Of a DNA stretch of 64,000 nucleotides, positions 62,427 through 64,000 are shown piece by piece (within the stretch, counting starts at the first letter, position 1; every line of letters starts with the position of its first letter). The stretch lies in contig OZ252244.1 of assembly GCA_965249575.1 (NCBI GenBank), positions 2,944,001-3,008,000 on the forward strand, given 5' to 3'. The position numbers were made by a program, and so were the translations under genes. The stretch comes from Gemmatimonadales bacterium (GTDB lineage: Bacteria; Gemmatimonadota; Gemmatimonadetes; Gemmatimonadales; GWC2-71-9). Under the pieces are notes generated by a model. That model worked only from the letters and a program-made list of their open reading frames with translations, was not told the origin of the DNA and searched no databases.

Positions 62427-64000
62427 CGCGCGCCAACTCCGCCGCCGGCGTTCGAGCCGCACGGAATGCAGGGTACAGACTCGCCACCGCGGCGGCGAGC
62501 AGGATGACAATGCACTGCTGCGCAACCGCCAGCACGGGCCAGGAGAATTGGATGGTCCACCCGAAATAGGCCCGATTGATGACGAGGATCAGCACGGTCG
62601 CGAGGACGAGACCCATTCCGAGGCCGATAACGAGCCCGAAACCGCCCATCGCGAGGCCCTTGTACACAAGGATGCGCGAGATCTGGGCGCGGCTCGCCCC
62701 GAGAGCGCGGTAGAGCGCGAGCTCCGATATGCGTTCCCGAACGAATACGAGGAGCGTCAGCGTGATCCCGCTCGCGGCGATCACGAGGGTCATCCCCTGA
62801 AGGATACGCGTGATGGCGAACGTTTGATCGAAGATTCTCAGCGCCTGCACTCGAATAGAGCGATTGCTGCGAATCGCCAGTGGAGCGCGTGCGAAACGGC
62901 TCTTCACATCGTCGATCACCGCCTCAGTCTGGGTGGCGGAGTCGAGGTATAGCGCGACACCCGACACCGGGCCGGGGCCGAAACGGGCCTCGAACGTTGC
63001 GATATCGAGAATGGCCGCCCCGCGTTCCGTTGCGTAGTCGTAATAGACCCCTGCGATTGGGAAGCTCAGAATGCCCGCAGGCCCGTACAGCTCCAGTACG
63101 TCGCCCGCGCGCAGCGCGGCTTTGCGGGATAGCGGCTCGCTGATCAGAATCGCTCCGTTCTTGCGAACCCTGCTGAACGCCTCGGACGGGTTGCCTTCCA
63201 GGAGTTGGATTCGACCCGCACCGTCGGCGATGCCGACGTCGATGCCGGCGAGCCCGATGCGGCGGCTCCCTGCATAGACAGGGAGCGTTCGGATTCGGTC
63301 GATGGCTCGAACGCGAGAATCGGCCGCGAGGGCTCCGATGAGCGCGGAATCGATGCCTGCCCTGCGTCCGGGTCCTCTTCCCGACGGGGAGATATAGACG
63401 TCGGCTTGAACGGTCGATCTGATCCAGACATCCAGGGTGCTTCGAAAACTCCCGATCATGAAGGTGATCGCGATCAGCATGCTCACCGCGATCGCGAGCG
63501 AGGAGATCGCAAATGCGCTCGTCCCGAGGCGGACGCCGAGCGTCTTCAACGCGTACACGAATCCAAATCCCCGCACCGTCAGTACCCGTGCGAGTCTCGC
63601 AACCACGAACGGCGTCAGGAGCGGGATCGCGGCGACCAACATGGTGGCGAGCACGAATCCGGCGGGCCGCCAGGATTGGCCGAAGCGCCAATACCAGTAG
63701 GCGGTCGCGGCGAGCTCAACGAGCCCGGCCACGAACAGTGGTGCTGCGAGTGTGCCGAACCGCTCGTGCAGGGTAAAAGCGGCGAGCAACGTCCTCGTGT
63801 CCCGCCGGCTCATGTCTAGGGCGGGGATGAGCGCGCCAAGGGTGGCTCCACCGATACCGATGACCGCCGCCAGCATGAAGAGCCTGCCGGGAACGTGGAG
63901 CGATTCGATCTCCTCTAGCAGGTAGAGGCTCGTGAGCGTGCCGCTCACGACGGCAACGTTGGCTTGAGCGGCCCAATACCCCAGGGGGAGGCCGAGGCAG
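62416..64000 (-). CDS. FtsX-like ABC transporter permease (AttFG type), 5' end outside window
   Basis: GSFR, GVYYDY, IFDQTFAIT, RALGAS, INRAYFGWTI. Confidence 0.88.
   Translation of the reverse strand, partial: CLGLPLGYWAAQANVAVVSGTLTSLYLLEEIESLHVPGRLFMLAAVIGIGGATLGALIPALDMSRRDTRTLLAAFTLHERFGTLAAPLFVAGLVELAATAYWYWRFGQSWRPAGFVLATMLVAAIPLLTPFVVARLARVLTVRGFGFVYALKTLGVRLGTSAFAISSLAIAVSMLIAITFMIGSFRSTLDVWIRSTVQADVYISPSGRGPGRRAGIDSALIGALAADSRVRAIDRIRTLPVYAGSRRIGLAGIDVGIADGAGRIQLLEGNPSEAFSRVRKNGAILISEPLSRKAALRAGDVLELYGPAGILSFPIAGVYYDYATERGAAILDIATFEARFGPGPVSGVALYLDSATQTEAVIDDVKSRFARAPLAIRSNRSIRVQALRIFDQTFAITRILQGMTLVIAASGITLTLLVFVRERISELALYRALGASRAQISRILVYKGLAMGGFGLVIGLGMGLVLATVLILVINRAYFGWTIQFSWPVLAVAQQCIVILLAAAVASLYPAFRAARTPAAELARDDL

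Noticed and set aside
1..64000. CRISPR array, transposase or prophage
   Set aside because: No repeat-spacer periodicity or hallmark genes seen; the Cas4-like Cys motifs belong to AddAB

Overview
GC-rich bacterial DNA, most likely Gemmatimonadota. The inference rests on the 'LxRLxAALxDRYxIERELGxGGMATVYLAxDLKHxRxVAVKV' kinase N-terminus plus DUF5916 and Omp85-fusion genes. The window holds about 45 genes or gene remnants and two tRNA genes (Asn-GTT and an atypical Leu-CAG). Housekeeping blocks include ferredoxin, sulfurtransferase, queE-queC/queF-rmuC, hpt-addB-addA-Leu/Val dehydrogenase and an AttH/ABC-permease pair. Many envelope proteins occur as paralog pairs. Between the two tRNAs (about 20-39 kb) lies a plasticity zone with kinase remnants and unannotated small ORFs. 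The strongest candidate for an undescribed system is there: three unrelated micro-protein families (a CPRC zinc ribbon, a 'YRC...AMWxVEV...DTExDVxRR..W' protein and an 'MEG...WGG...RCVA' protein) co-occur twice, at 21.9-26.3 kb (+) and 33.4-35.3 kb (-). The second copy has two CRP/FNR-type boxes, and one zinc ribbon of the first copy has an Arg-rich, c-di-GMP-motif-like extension. A second candidate is an exported kinase-fold/Omp85 barrel protein with a separately encoded lipoprotein metallophosphoesterase. Many 1-2 nt indels and in-frame stops, including in addAB, suggest sequencing or assembly errors, so single-base oddities need read-level confirmation. No CRISPR array, integrase or transposase was seen.
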